Shown here: positions 45,997 through 55,526 of the stretch, piece by piece
Layout: each line of letters begins with the position of its first letter
Position numbering within the stretch: the first letter of the stretch is position 1
Source of the DNA: an uncultured Bacteroidales bacterium
GTDB taxonomy: Bacteria; Bacteroidota; Bacteroidia; Bacteroidales; FEN-979
DNA length: 64,000 nucleotides
Reading direction: 5' to 3'
NCBI GenBank assembly: GCA_903929315.1
Contig: CAIYUC010000034.1
Location: 2,790 to 66,789 of the forward strand
The notes under the pieces: model-generated
Databases searched by the model: none
Seen by the model: only the letters and a program-made list of their open reading frames with translations
Told to the model about the DNA's origin: nothing
Translations under genes and position numbers: made by a program

Positions 45997-47132
45997 TATT
46001 TCCCCTGCCAGGTATTTCTGCGGATAAACTCTTTTTCAATAAGCCTCAGAACTTCATCATACCGCAATAACCCCCAGTTGTGATTTTCTATATACCATGG
46101 CGGGACTTCACCGGTGAAGCGTTCAATGACAATTCCGGGTCTTAACCGTTCGGTAAAATTCACGATAAAATCGATGTAATCATCCAATCCGAATATATGG
46201 AATTGCGCAGGATCCGAAAGGAATTCCATTTCCATTTGGGTCCCTTTCACGATCTGTAACTGGTGAAATTTTACCGTGTCAATGGGCAGTTCCGAGATGA
46301 TCTCAGCCATAGCATGCATGTCAGCCAATGTTTCCCCGGGTAATCCGAAAATGAAATGGGCCCCGGTAATAATACCTGCAGAATGTGTTTTACCAATGAC
46401 CTGGCGGGACAATTCAAAATCGTGTCCCCGGTGAATGCGGTTTAATGACGAATTATTTGTCGTTTCTACACCGTATTCAATTTGAATGTAAAACCTTTTG
46501 GATAATTCTCTCAGGTATTCCAGTTTATTGTCGTCGACACAATCCGGCCGGGTCCCGATCACCAATCCTATAACATCCGGAAATGAAAGCGCTTCCTCAT
46601 ATTTCTCCTTCAGCAAAGTCAGGGGAGCATAGGTATTACTATAAGGTTGAAAATAAACCAGGAATTTTTTAGCCCGGCGATACCGGGTTGCATGGAATTC
46701 AATTCCTTTCCGGATCTGTTCATGAAGCGATTCTGCCGGATTGCAATAGGAAGGAGTAAATGCTTTGTTATCACAATACGTGCAACCGTCATTGCCAAGT
46801 GTACCATCCCTGTTCGGACAGGTGAAACCGGCATTAACTGCTACTTTCTGAACCCGGCCGCCGAAAAGCTTCCTGATATATTCAGAATAAGAGTTGAAAC
46901 GCCTTTTGTGGCCCCAGGGATATGGTTCGCTTTTCGTAATTCGTAATTGTATTAAGACTGTTAAGCAGCATTTGATGTTCTTTCCAGTCTTTTCATCACC
47001 GAAAAGATGAATGCTGCAGATAACAGGCAACAAACGGCAAGCACTAACCACAGACCCCACAAGGGTAAAAATCCCCATAACCAGGCACCGACGAATAAAA
47101 GAAAATTTCCAATTCCGGTAGCGGCAAACCAA
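45987..47132 (-). CDS. TIGR01212-family radical SAM protein (YhcC-like); start uncertain
   Basis: The core is YPWGHKRRFNSYSEYIRKLFGGRVQKVAVNAGFTCPNRDG...CTYC. The track's TTG start at 47132 overlaps the upstream POT gene by 172 nt. The conserved core begins only about 20 nt after that gene's stop, with no ATG, GTG or TTG in between. Confidence 0.8.
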   Translation of the reverse strand: MVCRYRNWKFSFIRRCLVMGIFTLVGSVVSACRLLPVICSIHLFGDEKTGKNIKCCLTVLIQLRITKSEPYPWGHKRRFNSYSEYIRKLFGGRVQKVAVNAGFTCPNRDGTLGNDGCTYCDNKAFTPSYCNPAESLHEQIRKGIEFHATRYRRAKKFLVYFQPYSNTYAPLTLLKEKYEEALSFPDVIGLVIGTRPDCVDDNKLEYLRELSKRFYIQIEYGVETTNNSSLNRIHRGHDFELSRQVIGKTHSAGIITGAHFIFGLPGETLADMHAMAEIISELPIDTVKFHQLQIVKGTQMEMEFLSDPAQFHIFGLDDYIDFIVNFTERLRPGIVIERFTGEVPPWYIENHNWGLLRYDEVLRLIEKEFIRRNTWQGKYYA

Positions 47133-48643
47133 AATCCTTGCATGGTACCTTTATATTTCGGTGGTGCTACCCTTGAAACAAAAGAGATACCCATAGGGCT
47201 CAGGAATAATTCGGCCACTGTCAGAATGAAATAAGTAACGATCAGGAAATAGGGTGAAACAAGAAGATTGGATGGAGCAACCACACCACCCAGTTGTTTC
47301 GGACTGGGTAAACCCATGGATGCAAAGATCAATACGGTAAAAGCAACGGCCGTGATCAGCATTCCGATACCGATCTTCCGGGGAGATGAAGGTTCCTTGC
47401 CTTTTTTGTTCAACCAGGCGAACAACCCGATGATAAGAGGAGTTAATGCTACGATGAAAAATGGATTGAAATGCTGGAATTTTTGCGGCGTAAATGGATT
47501 TATCTCGCTATAACCTGTAAAACGAAGTACAGAAAGGACTGCGAATACTATGAAAACCAGGCCCCCGATGATCCTTCCGGTGGAATTGCTTCCCTTTTTA
47601 ACTAAATAAATAAATCCGGCAATGGAGATAAAGATGGGAAGCAACCCAAACAGGTCAAAGAAGAGATTGGTGAATTTCCCAACCGTTGGTTGGGTATAAT
47701 CCCTGGCAAAGAGTGTCATGCAAAGCCCGTTTTGCTGAAATGACATCCAGAAGAAAATCACAACAAAGAAAACCAGGAATAGCGCAATCAACCGTTCCCT
47801 TATCTGTTTTGAGGTAAGTTCGATGACCTGGGATTTATGTTCTTCACTTTTAGATTTTTGTTTCTCTGTCATATCAGCTTGTTTATAATGTTTCCTGAAT
47901 ATCCAGAAAACCATCATCGAAATTAACAAGCTGACGCATGCAGCGCTGAAAGCCCAGTGATAAGATCTTCCGAGGGCATCAAGATAGGTGGATGAAAATT
48001 GGTTTAAGGTGGCCATCGTTACAGAAGAATCCTGCGTCTGAGCAATAGAAAGATAACTTGCATCCGGAACATTTGTTCTTATAAACTCATTAGCAAGTGC
48101 CGGGATCCTTGCATCATAGGTAAAATGGAATGCTTTCAGGATGTTGTTGCTGATCAATTCCGCAGCAGTCGGGGCAAACATTGCACCAATATTAATCCCC
48201 ATATAAAAAATATTGAAGGCTCTGTCCCTGACGCTGCTGTATTTTGGATCATCATAAAGATTTCCAACAAGTGCCTGCAAGTTACCTTTAAATAAACCGG
48301 TTCCAACCACAATAACAGCAAGTGCACCGACGATAAAGCCAAAACCTGCCCCATGCCCGGAGGGGATTGCCAGCAGAAAATAACCGATAAACATAACGAC
48401 TATCCCTATACTGATGGTCTTTCCATATCCCAGCACCCGGTCTGCTATAAGACCGCCTACCATTGGGAAAAAATAAAGGCAAGCCATAAATATACCATAG
48501 ATCAGACCAAGCTGTGTAGAGTTGATTCCATATTTTGCCTGCAGGAATAAAGTAAATATAGCAATCATGGTATAAAAACCGAAACGCTCACCCATATTGG
48601 TGAAAAATGCTACATATAGTCCTTTTGGATGTCCTTTGAACAT
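46961..48643 (-). CDS. POT/PTR2-family peptide:proton symporter (DtpT-like)
   Basis: 560 aa MFS protein with GHPKGLYVAFFTNMGERFGFYTM and GGLIADRVLGYGKTI (PTR2 signatures). Confidence 0.9.
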   Translation of the reverse strand: MFKGHPKGLYVAFFTNMGERFGFYTMIAIFTLFLQAKYGINSTQLGLIYGIFMACLYFFPMVGGLIADRVLGYGKTISIGIVVMFIGYFLLAIPSGHGAGFGFIVGALAVIVVGTGLFKGNLQALVGNLYDDPKYSSVRDRAFNIFYMGINIGAMFAPTAAELISNNILKAFHFTYDARIPALANEFIRTNVPDASYLSIAQTQDSSVTMATLNQFSSTYLDALGRSYHWAFSAACVSLLISMMVFWIFRKHYKQADMTEKQKSKSEEHKSQVIELTSKQIRERLIALFLVFFVVIFFWMSFQQNGLCMTLFARDYTQPTVGKFTNLFFDLFGLLPIFISIAGFIYLVKKGSNSTGRIIGGLVFIVFAVLSVLRFTGYSEINPFTPQKFQHFNPFFIVALTPLIIGLFAWLNKKGKEPSSPRKIGIGMLITAVAFTVLIFASMGLPSPKQLGGVVAPSNLLVSPYFLIVTYFILTVAELFLSPMGISFVSRVAPPKYKGTMQGFWFAATGIGNFLLFVGAWLWGFLPLWGLWLVLAVCCLLSAAFIFSVMKRLERTSNAA

Positions 48644-48993
48644 AATCAGATCTTTTTAATAATGAATAATTTTGAGAGAAGAGATCATTTCTTTACTTGC
48701 AAAAATAAACAAATTTGCTTCTTTTCAAAGAAAGATACTGGCTATTACTTTTCTTTTTGGCTGAAATCTTAAAGACCTTTACCGCAAAGGCGCTAAGTAC
48801 GTAAAAAAAATATTTACTTTTTAGCGTCTTGGCGTCCTAGAGGTGAAAGAGGCATTTCAGAACACCTTATATTCCGTATCAATAAAATCGATCAAAACAT
48901 TCTTTGATCAGCAAATAGCGTTATCTTATTGAAAGCTGAACTTTCTTTCGTAAACTTGTAATAATAAACCCCATTTATCGTCTTAAACCTGAA

Positions 48994-49509
48994 ATGAACC
49001 TCGACGACTTTAAAAAGCAGGTAATTCCCCTTAAAAACAAGCTTTTCCGGTTTGCGAACAGGTTGCTTGAAGACAGGGAGGAAGCGGAAGACATGGTTCA
49101 GGAAGTCTTTATTAAACTATGGAATCGCAGGGATAAACTGGATGAGTACAGAAGTGTTGAAGCACTCGCAATGGTAACAACAAGGAATTTGTGTCTGGAT
49201 AAACTGAAAAGAAGAAAAATCACCATCGAAAGAATAGAAAACCTGAAAGATGAAATGACAAATTCGCAGCAGGATCAGAAAACAGATCTGTCGGATATTG
49301 TTCATAAAATACATCAGATCATTCAAACTCTGCCGGAACAACAACGATCAATCATCCAGCTACGGGATATTGAAGGGTATGATTTTGAGGAAATAGCGGA
49401 ATTGCTTGATATGAATGAAAATGCTGTCAGGGTGAGCCTGTCAAGAGCAAGAAAAAAAATAAGAGAATCGTTAACCGTAAGTAAGATATATGAATACTAC
49501 AGAAATTAA
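48994..49509 (+). CDS. ECF-type RNA polymerase sigma-70 factor
   Basis: 171 aa with region 2 DMVQEVFIKLW and region 4 LRDIEGYDFEEIAELLDMNENAVRVSLSRARKKI. Confidence 0.9.
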   Translation: MNLDDFKKQVIPLKNKLFRFANRLLEDREEAEDMVQEVFIKLWNRRDKLDEYRSVEALAMVTTRNLCLDKLKRRKITIERIENLKDEMTNSQQDQKTDLSDIVHKIHQIIQTLPEQQRSIIQLRDIEGYDFEEIAELLDMNENAVRVSLSRARKKIRESLTVSKIYEYYRN

Positions 49510-50059
49510 GAAACTGATTGAAAAATACTTTGAAGGAGAAACTAACCAGGTGGAAGAGACTCGCCTCAGGGATTTTTTCCTGAATGAAAAAGTGCCCACA
49601 GATCTTGCGATCTATACCGGCCTGTTTAGGTATTTTTCAGATACCGGGAAGGATGAGATCCCAAATCCGGGTTTTGAACAGAGGTTCCTGTCACAAATAA
49701 AAGAAATCCCGGCCATTCCTCTTGCTCCGGAAAGAAGGCAGATCTATTATATCACAAGCATTGCTGCGGGAATACTCCTCCTCTGTGGACTGATCTTTAC
49801 TTTCCGGCATGATATTATTAAGAATCCCGGAAATCACCTGCTGAAAGATACATACACCAATCCTGCTGCCGCATATATCGCTGCAAAAAAGGCATTAGTC
49901 ATGGTCTCTGTCAACCTTAATACCGGATTGGACCAGGTCCATAAACTTCAATCCTTTCAGAAAGGAATGGAAAAAATAGAAACGTTCTCGCAATTTTATA
50001 AATTTCAACAAATAATTATTAATCCGGACGAAAATAACAACTGTCCACAAAATCATTAA
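49490..50059 (+). CDS. putative anti-sigma factor / membrane protein
   Basis: 189 aa. It overlaps the sigma gene by 20 nt and has a single TM helix IYYITSIAAGILLLCGLIFTF. The call is positional. Confidence 0.5.
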   Translation: MNTTEIKKLIEKYFEGETNQVEETRLRDFFLNEKVPTDLAIYTGLFRYFSDTGKDEIPNPGFEQRFLSQIKEIPAIPLAPERRQIYYITSIAAGILLLCGLIFTFRHDIIKNPGNHLLKDTYTNPAAAYIAAKKALVMVSVNLNTGLDQVHKLQSFQKGMEKIETFSQFYKFQQIIINPDENNNCPQNH

Positions 50060-50063
50060 TACC

Positions 50064-50606
50064 ATGAAAAAATATGCTTTGATCATTGCCGTTACCGCAT
50101 TCATCGTCTTGCCATTCAGGATGAATGCGCAAAGTCCGATCGATAAATTTTTTGAAAAGTATGCCGGACAGGATGGATATACTTCCGTGAATATTTCAAA
50201 GGATATGTTCCAGATGTTCGCCGGCATGGGCGATCCAAAGGACACAACTAACAGGGAATTGAAAAAGGCGTTGGAACAATTGTCGGGATTAAAAGTCCTT
50301 ACCTGTAAAGCCGATTCACTGAAACCGGGAAAAGCAAACGGTTTTTATAATGAAGCCAGTGCTTTGTTTCCCGCATCTGTTTACAAAGAACTTATGACGG
50401 TAAACGATGACGGAAATAATATCCGGTTTCTCACAAAACAGGATGGTATGGGAAAGATCAGTGAAATGGTGATGCTCATGAAAGGAAAACAAGAAGTCGT
50501 GGTCCTGAGCATCTTGGGAAGTATTGATCTCTCGACAGTTTCCAAAATTTCAAAGTCCATGAATATCCATGGAATGGAGAAATTGGAAAAGATGAAGAAA
50601 AAGTAA
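50064..50606 (+). CDS. DUF4252 domain-containing protein
   Basis: 180 aa with a signal peptide followed by IDKFFEKYAGQDGYTSVNISKDMFQMF, the typical DUF4252 opening. It is a usual partner of Bacteroidota ECF sigma clusters. Confidence 0.8.
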   Translation: MKKYALIIAVTAFIVLPFRMNAQSPIDKFFEKYAGQDGYTSVNISKDMFQMFAGMGDPKDTTNRELKKALEQLSGLKVLTCKADSLKPGKANGFYNEASALFPASVYKELMTVNDDGNNIRFLTKQDGMGKISEMVMLMKGKQEVVVLSILGSIDLSTVSKISKSMNIHGMEKLEKMKKK

Positions 50607-50618
50607 GGGCATGTAATT

Positions 50619-52712
50619 TTAAATCCGAAACCGTACCTGTAATTTGATTTCGGATTTCATATTGCCGTCAATCTGATCCAATCCGGTTCCTACGGTGTTC
50701 CTGTCCGTGTAAAATGTCTGGGCGTACCTGAGCCAGATCTCTATTTTTTTTAATGGTGACCAGTTGACCAGCAGGAAACAACGGATCCCTTTCCCTTCAT
50801 AAGCAGGGACAGAATACCCATACAGCACATCATTTTCATAAGAATATATTCTTTCATTATAGGACCAGGTGTCGAATAATGCATACCGGAATGTAATGGA
50901 CAAGGGCAGTCCCGTTAGTTTATAAGCAATATCCTGCGAGACAAGGTACCCATAATGATTTCCACTGCCTTCCTGTTGATTCCCGAGCATTTCAAACCGG
51001 TTGTTCATCTGTATATCAGGAATAACCGGCCATTCTATTTGATAACGCAGGGATGAACATTTTAAGCTTGCTGAAACAGAAATCGGACCGGATGTTTGCG
51101 AAGCATTGACCTGTTTTATCTTTTGCCGGAACCGAAGGTACATAATGGCCTTGCCAATTGAATAATCCGCCTGTATTTTATATTCCGTTCCTGCAGAGAT
51201 AAAATCGGTCCTGTATTTTAACCAGGGGAAACGATAAAGATCTGCATAAGCTGAAATCCCCAAACCCGGCAATAAGCGTGCACTCAGATTCACCAGGAAT
51301 CCTTTTTCATTTCCCTTCAAAGAATTTTGCCCGATCGCGTTGCTCAGCAGATCCTGGTAATTCCTCTGATAATCGCGGTATATAATGGAAAATGTTACAC
51401 CGGGATCCGGATTTGCAAGGAACCCGGCTAAATAAGCAATTCCAGAGTTCATACTTTCACTAAACTCCCCAAAAAAATAGACATTCCGGTATAGGAACTG
51501 AAAATCCATCCCAATATTGAGGTTTTCGGTTCCTGAAAATGCAAACTGGTTGTATGGATAGATCTTTGGGGATAACCGGGCGCTCCAATGACTTCTGAAT
51601 GCGGTTAAGCCGATGCTCATAAAATGATTCCTGAAATTCACATTGCCTCCATAGATGTTCTCTCTCACCGAATTTTTATCTTCCAGTTCCTTGGGTAAAC
51701 GGTGGTATCCCGTTTCCGTAAAGGAACTGACAGCAACCACCTGGCCTGAAAGTGTATCGGTCGTTATGATATTCCCATCGCGTTTATGGTTTGAATAAAA
51801 TGCGGATATTTCAAATCTTCTTACTACAAAGGTAGCTGCAACTCCCCGTAGAAATGAATTCCCATTCACAGCCAGGCTTGGCCGGATACCTCCGGCATAC
51901 CGTTTACTGTTGCCCGATCCCGGGAGTGAACCAAATGACAGCCCTGAACTCAGCGTCAATCCCTGCCCGAAATCAACTTGGAAATTCCCAAGGATCAATG
52001 TTTTCAGGAAGCCGCAGATCTTGTGAATACATAAATATCCCGAATAATAATCCATTCCATAGGGCTCACTTCCTTTGAAAAATTCTTCTCCGGCGCTTTT
52101 TGCTCCTGAAAGACCAAGACTGATCCGGTCATAATAGTTATAATTATAACGGAAATAGTAAGATTGAGGGCTTCCAAGGTAGCCTGCATTGGGATTCTTG
52201 TTCAGAATTGAATCGTCAACATTGTACCCTTTTTGTTTCTGAATAAATTGCTGATAGCGAAGAAATAGCTGATGCCTTCCATATTTTACCAGATCCTTTA
52301 CATGAACCGGATGCTTGTCCGGTCCGGACGAAACAGCAACATAGGGAAGTATCATTTGAATGGTGGTCGAATCAAACCCTTCCACCGCCTGCAATTCGTA
52401 AACCGATACAAATTCACCAAATGTTTGTATATAATTCAAAAGATTAACTATCTGCCGGTCATTCAGAAAGGGGATCTTTTTTAATTCTTCAGCGGTCGTA
52501 TTGTTGAGATTGAAAGGGTGATCCTGAATTGTGTTCAGTTCATCGGTCAGATCTGAAAAGTCAGGTGTTGATTCAGCATTCTCAGAGAGCTGCTCAATAT
52601 TGTCTTCGAAGCTGTTTGATATAATATCCTGGGAAGTACAAAATTGTGGTAGAAGGCAAATCAGAAATATTGCCTTTAATGTATTACCATTTATTTTATT
52701 TATATGAATCAA
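50619..52712 (-). CDS. ComEA-like helix-hairpin-helix domain fused to a large predicted outer-membrane beta-barrel
   Basis: 697 aa with a signal peptide. The HhH segment is LNNTTAEELKKIPFLNDRQIVNLLNYIQTFGEFVSVYELQAVEGFDSTTIQMILPYV. It is followed by about 550 aa of alternating beta-strand-like, aromatic-rich sequence ending in ...LQVRFRI. TTG start. Confidence 0.7.
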   Translation of the reverse strand: MIHINKINGNTLKAIFLICLLPQFCTSQDIISNSFEDNIEQLSENAESTPDFSDLTDELNTIQDHPFNLNNTTAEELKKIPFLNDRQIVNLLNYIQTFGEFVSVYELQAVEGFDSTTIQMILPYVAVSSGPDKHPVHVKDLVKYGRHQLFLRYQQFIQKQKGYNVDDSILNKNPNAGYLGSPQSYYFRYNYNYYDRISLGLSGAKSAGEEFFKGSEPYGMDYYSGYLCIHKICGFLKTLILGNFQVDFGQGLTLSSGLSFGSLPGSGNSKRYAGGIRPSLAVNGNSFLRGVAATFVVRRFEISAFYSNHKRDGNIITTDTLSGQVVAVSSFTETGYHRLPKELEDKNSVRENIYGGNVNFRNHFMSIGLTAFRSHWSARLSPKIYPYNQFAFSGTENLNIGMDFQFLYRNVYFFGEFSESMNSGIAYLAGFLANPDPGVTFSIIYRDYQRNYQDLLSNAIGQNSLKGNEKGFLVNLSARLLPGLGISAYADLYRFPWLKYRTDFISAGTEYKIQADYSIGKAIMYLRFRQKIKQVNASQTSGPISVSASLKCSSLRYQIEWPVIPDIQMNNRFEMLGNQQEGSGNHYGYLVSQDIAYKLTGLPLSITFRYALFDTWSYNERIYSYENDVLYGYSVPAYEGKGIRCFLLVNWSPLKKIEIWLRYAQTFYTDRNTVGTGLDQIDGNMKSEIKLQVRFRI

Positions 52713-52784
52713 ACAACGAAATTTTATGGATATTTTTTTATAACACAGAGGTACACTGAGGAGCCACTAAGAACCACAGAGAAC

Positions 52785-52811
52785 TTTGTCACTCTATTAC
52801 TTTGTCACTCT
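52785..52811. repeat. 11-nt direct repeat TTTGTCACTCT x2 with a 5-nt spacer
   Basis: tttgtcactct attac tttgtcactct, preceded by cacagag / cactgag / cactaag words related to the palindromic family. Confidence 0.8.
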
Positions 52812-52824
52812 GTCACTTTATTAC

Positions 52825-53640
52825 TCATTTAAAGGCATAGCTCAAAGAAACCTGTGGTGAATACCCCAACACCAGGTGATACGACGATGAAAAATCAAAT
52901 CTGACTTGTCCGAACTCCACTCCGAAACCGAAAGTGAACATCGTGGGATTCGTTAACAGTCCGGTTCGTAAATAGACTGGTTTTACAAAGTGATACTCCA
53001 GTCCGGCTTTGAATATGGGCTTTAGTTGAATATCCTTCTCCGCTTCAATAGTTGTGATAAATCCTTCAGAAAACTTCCAGGAAAACCCAAGGTTAATAAC
53101 AGAAGGTATCCTTTCATCCTGATACGACACCACCGTTACCGTTATTGGATTATAAAAATGGACACCAAAACACAGGTTGTGATTTATGTGATATTGAAGT
53201 CCGATCTCAAAAGTGAAGAGATGTTTTGTCCCCAGGTCGTCTGCCAGGTGAATTCTCAGATAATCCAATTGTACACCGGCCGAAAAGGCTTTCCCGAATT
53301 TCTTTCCAAATGCCAACCCGACCTTCATTTCATTATAAAGGGTGAACCCGAATTCCTGGAGTGACAATCCGAAAGTTCCCGCTTTTACAGGGATTTCAAC
53401 TGCAATAGCTTTCAATCCCAGCTCTTTTAAAAGAAAACGATTCTCAAAATAAATTTCCGAACTTATCTTATAAACCGAGGTCATTCCAGCCTGATTATTG
53501 AAAACTGACCAGGGATCAGCGATGGAAACAGAACTAAAGCCCATACCGGCAGCACGTCCCCCGATCGTATTGTATTCTCCTGCCGGATGAGCTTCCAGTG
53601 TGAGGATCAGAAAAAACCAAAAGAGGCATCTTACCATCAC
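52825..53640 (-). CDS. predicted outer-membrane beta-barrel protein with a PorV/PorQ/FadL-like N-terminal motif
   Basis: 271 aa with a signal peptide, then GGRAAGMGFSSVSIADPWSVFNNQAGM and a C-terminal aromatic strand SLSYAFK. Confidence 0.45.
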   Translation of the reverse strand: MMVRCLFWFFLILTLEAHPAGEYNTIGGRAAGMGFSSVSIADPWSVFNNQAGMTSVYKISSEIYFENRFLLKELGLKAIAVEIPVKAGTFGLSLQEFGFTLYNEMKVGLAFGKKFGKAFSAGVQLDYLRIHLADDLGTKHLFTFEIGLQYHINHNLCFGVHFYNPITVTVVSYQDERIPSVINLGFSWKFSEGFITTIEAEKDIQLKPIFKAGLEYHFVKPVYLRTGLLTNPTMFTFGFGVEFGQVRFDFSSSYHLVLGYSPQVSLSYAFK

Positions 53641-53808
53641 AATTTTTTTTACATTAATCGGTTGAAAGTAAAAAGGTGATACAATTGTTTAAAGATTTTT
53701 TTACCGGAGATATAGATCTTTCCAACTTGGCCTGGTTTATCAGATATTCTTGCAGAAGATTACCGGACTTTTACTTTTCAATCGTATCTTTGATTTTTCG
53801 ATTTTAAT

Positions 53809-53999
53809 AAACTCACCCCTGCTTTCGGCTTGGGGCTGACTAAAAACAAGGGTGCAGGTTGATTCCCCTTTTTTGTGCTCTTTGTGCATTCTTAGTGTTC
53901 ATTGTGGTTCAAGCATTTATAAATTAACCACAAAGGTCACAACGATTTTCACAATGGTCACAAAGACTTTTTAGTCAGCCCTATTGAGGGGGCGAGTTT
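53809..53999. repeat. composite nested palindromic element, copy B
   Basis: The outer arms are aaactcacccc / gggggcgagttt, the next pair is gggctgactaaaaa / tttttagtcagccc, and the inner arms are gtgctctttgtgcattcttagtgttcattgtggtt / aaccacaaaggtcacaacgattttcacaatggtcacaaagac. Confidence 0.85.
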
Positions 54000-54029
54000 T
54001 TGAGATTAATTTTTAAATTGTAAATTACT

Positions 54030-54689
54030 ATGAAGAAAGTTGTAACATCATTTCTCAAGGAGCTGGCCGGCAACAATAACCGGGAATGGTTCCAGGCCAA
54101 TAAAGCCATGTATGAAGAAGCAAAGAATGAGTTTGAATCGGTTGTCAACCAGTTGATCCCCGGGATTGCAAAATTTGATGAAACAGTAAAGTTCCTGACA
54201 GCAAAAGATTGCATGTTCCGGTTTTACCGGGATATCAGGTTTTCAAATGATAAAACTCCCTATAAGACAAATTTCGGAGCATTTATTACCAAGGGAGGGA
54301 AAAAAAGTCATGGACCAGGTTATTATTTTCATGTCCAGCCGGGAGAATGCTTTCTTTCCGGAGGGATCTGGCAACCGGCCCCTGATCTTGTGAAGAAGAT
54401 CCGGAAGGAAATATATTATAATGTCAGAGAATTAAAGAGTATCCTTGAGGACAAAACATTCACAAAATATTTTAATGGAATAGATGACTGGGATAAACAA
54501 AAGCTCGCCCCTCACGAATTCCCGAAGGATTTCCCTGATATGGACCTGTTAAAAAACAGGAGTTTTACGGTCTCTCATGGTCTTGATGAAAAAATCCTTC
54601 ACAGCGATAAGCTCCACGATTACACTCTGAAAGTATTCAAGGTCCTTTTTCCTTACAATGAGTTCCTCAGGAAAGCTATTGAAGGTTAA
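54030..54689 (+). CDS. DUF2461 (TIGR02453) family protein
   Basis: The motifs LKELAGNNNREWFQANKAMYEE and FRFYRDIRFSNDKTPYKTNFGAF match the family. Confidence 0.85.
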   Translation: MKKVVTSFLKELAGNNNREWFQANKAMYEEAKNEFESVVNQLIPGIAKFDETVKFLTAKDCMFRFYRDIRFSNDKTPYKTNFGAFITKGGKKSHGPGYYFHVQPGECFLSGGIWQPAPDLVKKIRKEIYYNVRELKSILEDKTFTKYFNGIDDWDKQKLAPHEFPKDFPDMDLLKNRSFTVSHGLDEKILHSDKLHDYTLKVFKVLFPYNEFLRKAIEG

Positions 54690-54840
54690 TGCAGAAATTC
54701 AGAATGCAGGAATTGAATAGGTGAATGCCTTATTCTATAACTCCTTATTTTTTTTAATTATAAAAGATGAGTCTGAATTAAGTATTATGAATTGTAAGGA
54801 GCGGCTTTCCTTGTCATAATTCATCTTTCATCGACTGAAT

Positions 54841-54861
54841 TCGTAATTCGGCATTCGTAAT
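54841..54861. repeat. 3 x 7-nt array TCGTAAT abutting the psd stop
   Basis: tcgtaat tcggcat tcgtaat. The related pair cgtaatt cgtaatt occurs at 46935..46948. Confidence 0.8.
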
Positions 54862-55526
54862 TAACCAAGATACCCGATTACCGTTTGTTTCCCGGTTACC
54901 TTCTGGTTCAGGGAAATTTCAAGTTTGGTATCGAGCGGTAATAACAGGTCAACCCGCGAACCGAATTTTATAAACCCAAGCTCTTCGCCTTGTTCTACGG
55001 GTTCTCCAACGACAGGATACGTCACGATCCTTTGGGCAACCGCCCCTGCGATCTGACGAACCAAAATCTCTTTTCCCTGGCTGGTCTTAATGACTGTCGT
55101 GGCCCTTTCATTCAACAAGGAAGCTTTCGGATTAAATGCCACCATATGTTTCCCGGGGTGGTATTTATAATAGTCGATGAAACCCGTTACAGGAAACCAA
55201 TTAACATGAACATTCCGGGCCGACATAAAGATAGAAACCTGCAAGCGTTCTTCATGGAAATACTCGGGATCATTGGTCTTCTCTATCACCACAATTTTAC
55301 CATCTGCAGGGCAAAGGATTTTGTCAGGACCTGTATTTGTTTCACGGGTGGGGGAACGAAAAAACCGTACGATCATGATGAAAAACCATAATCCCAAAGC
55401 ATAAAGCCCGACATGAAACCAGGTCTGCTGCCCGAAAATATGGTTGAAAGTGAGCAAAACCACGGCAACAAAAAGAAATGTGATAAAGATTGTTGTATTT
55501 CCTTCTTTATGAATTTTCATGGTCAA
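54861..55526 (-). CDS. psd: phosphatidylserine decarboxylase family protein
   Basis: 221 aa with two N-terminal TM helices and the cleavage-site region GFIKFGSRVDLLLP. It lies immediately downstream of cdsA with a 4-nt overlap. Confidence 0.85.
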   Translation of the reverse strand: MTMKIHKEGNTTIFITFLFVAVVLLTFNHIFGQQTWFHVGLYALGLWFFIMIVRFFRSPTRETNTGPDKILCPADGKIVVIEKTNDPEYFHEERLQVSIFMSARNVHVNWFPVTGFIDYYKYHPGKHMVAFNPKASLLNERATTVIKTSQGKEILVRQIAGAVAQRIVTYPVVGEPVEQGEELGFIKFGSRVDLLLPLDTKLEISLNQKVTGKQTVIGYLG

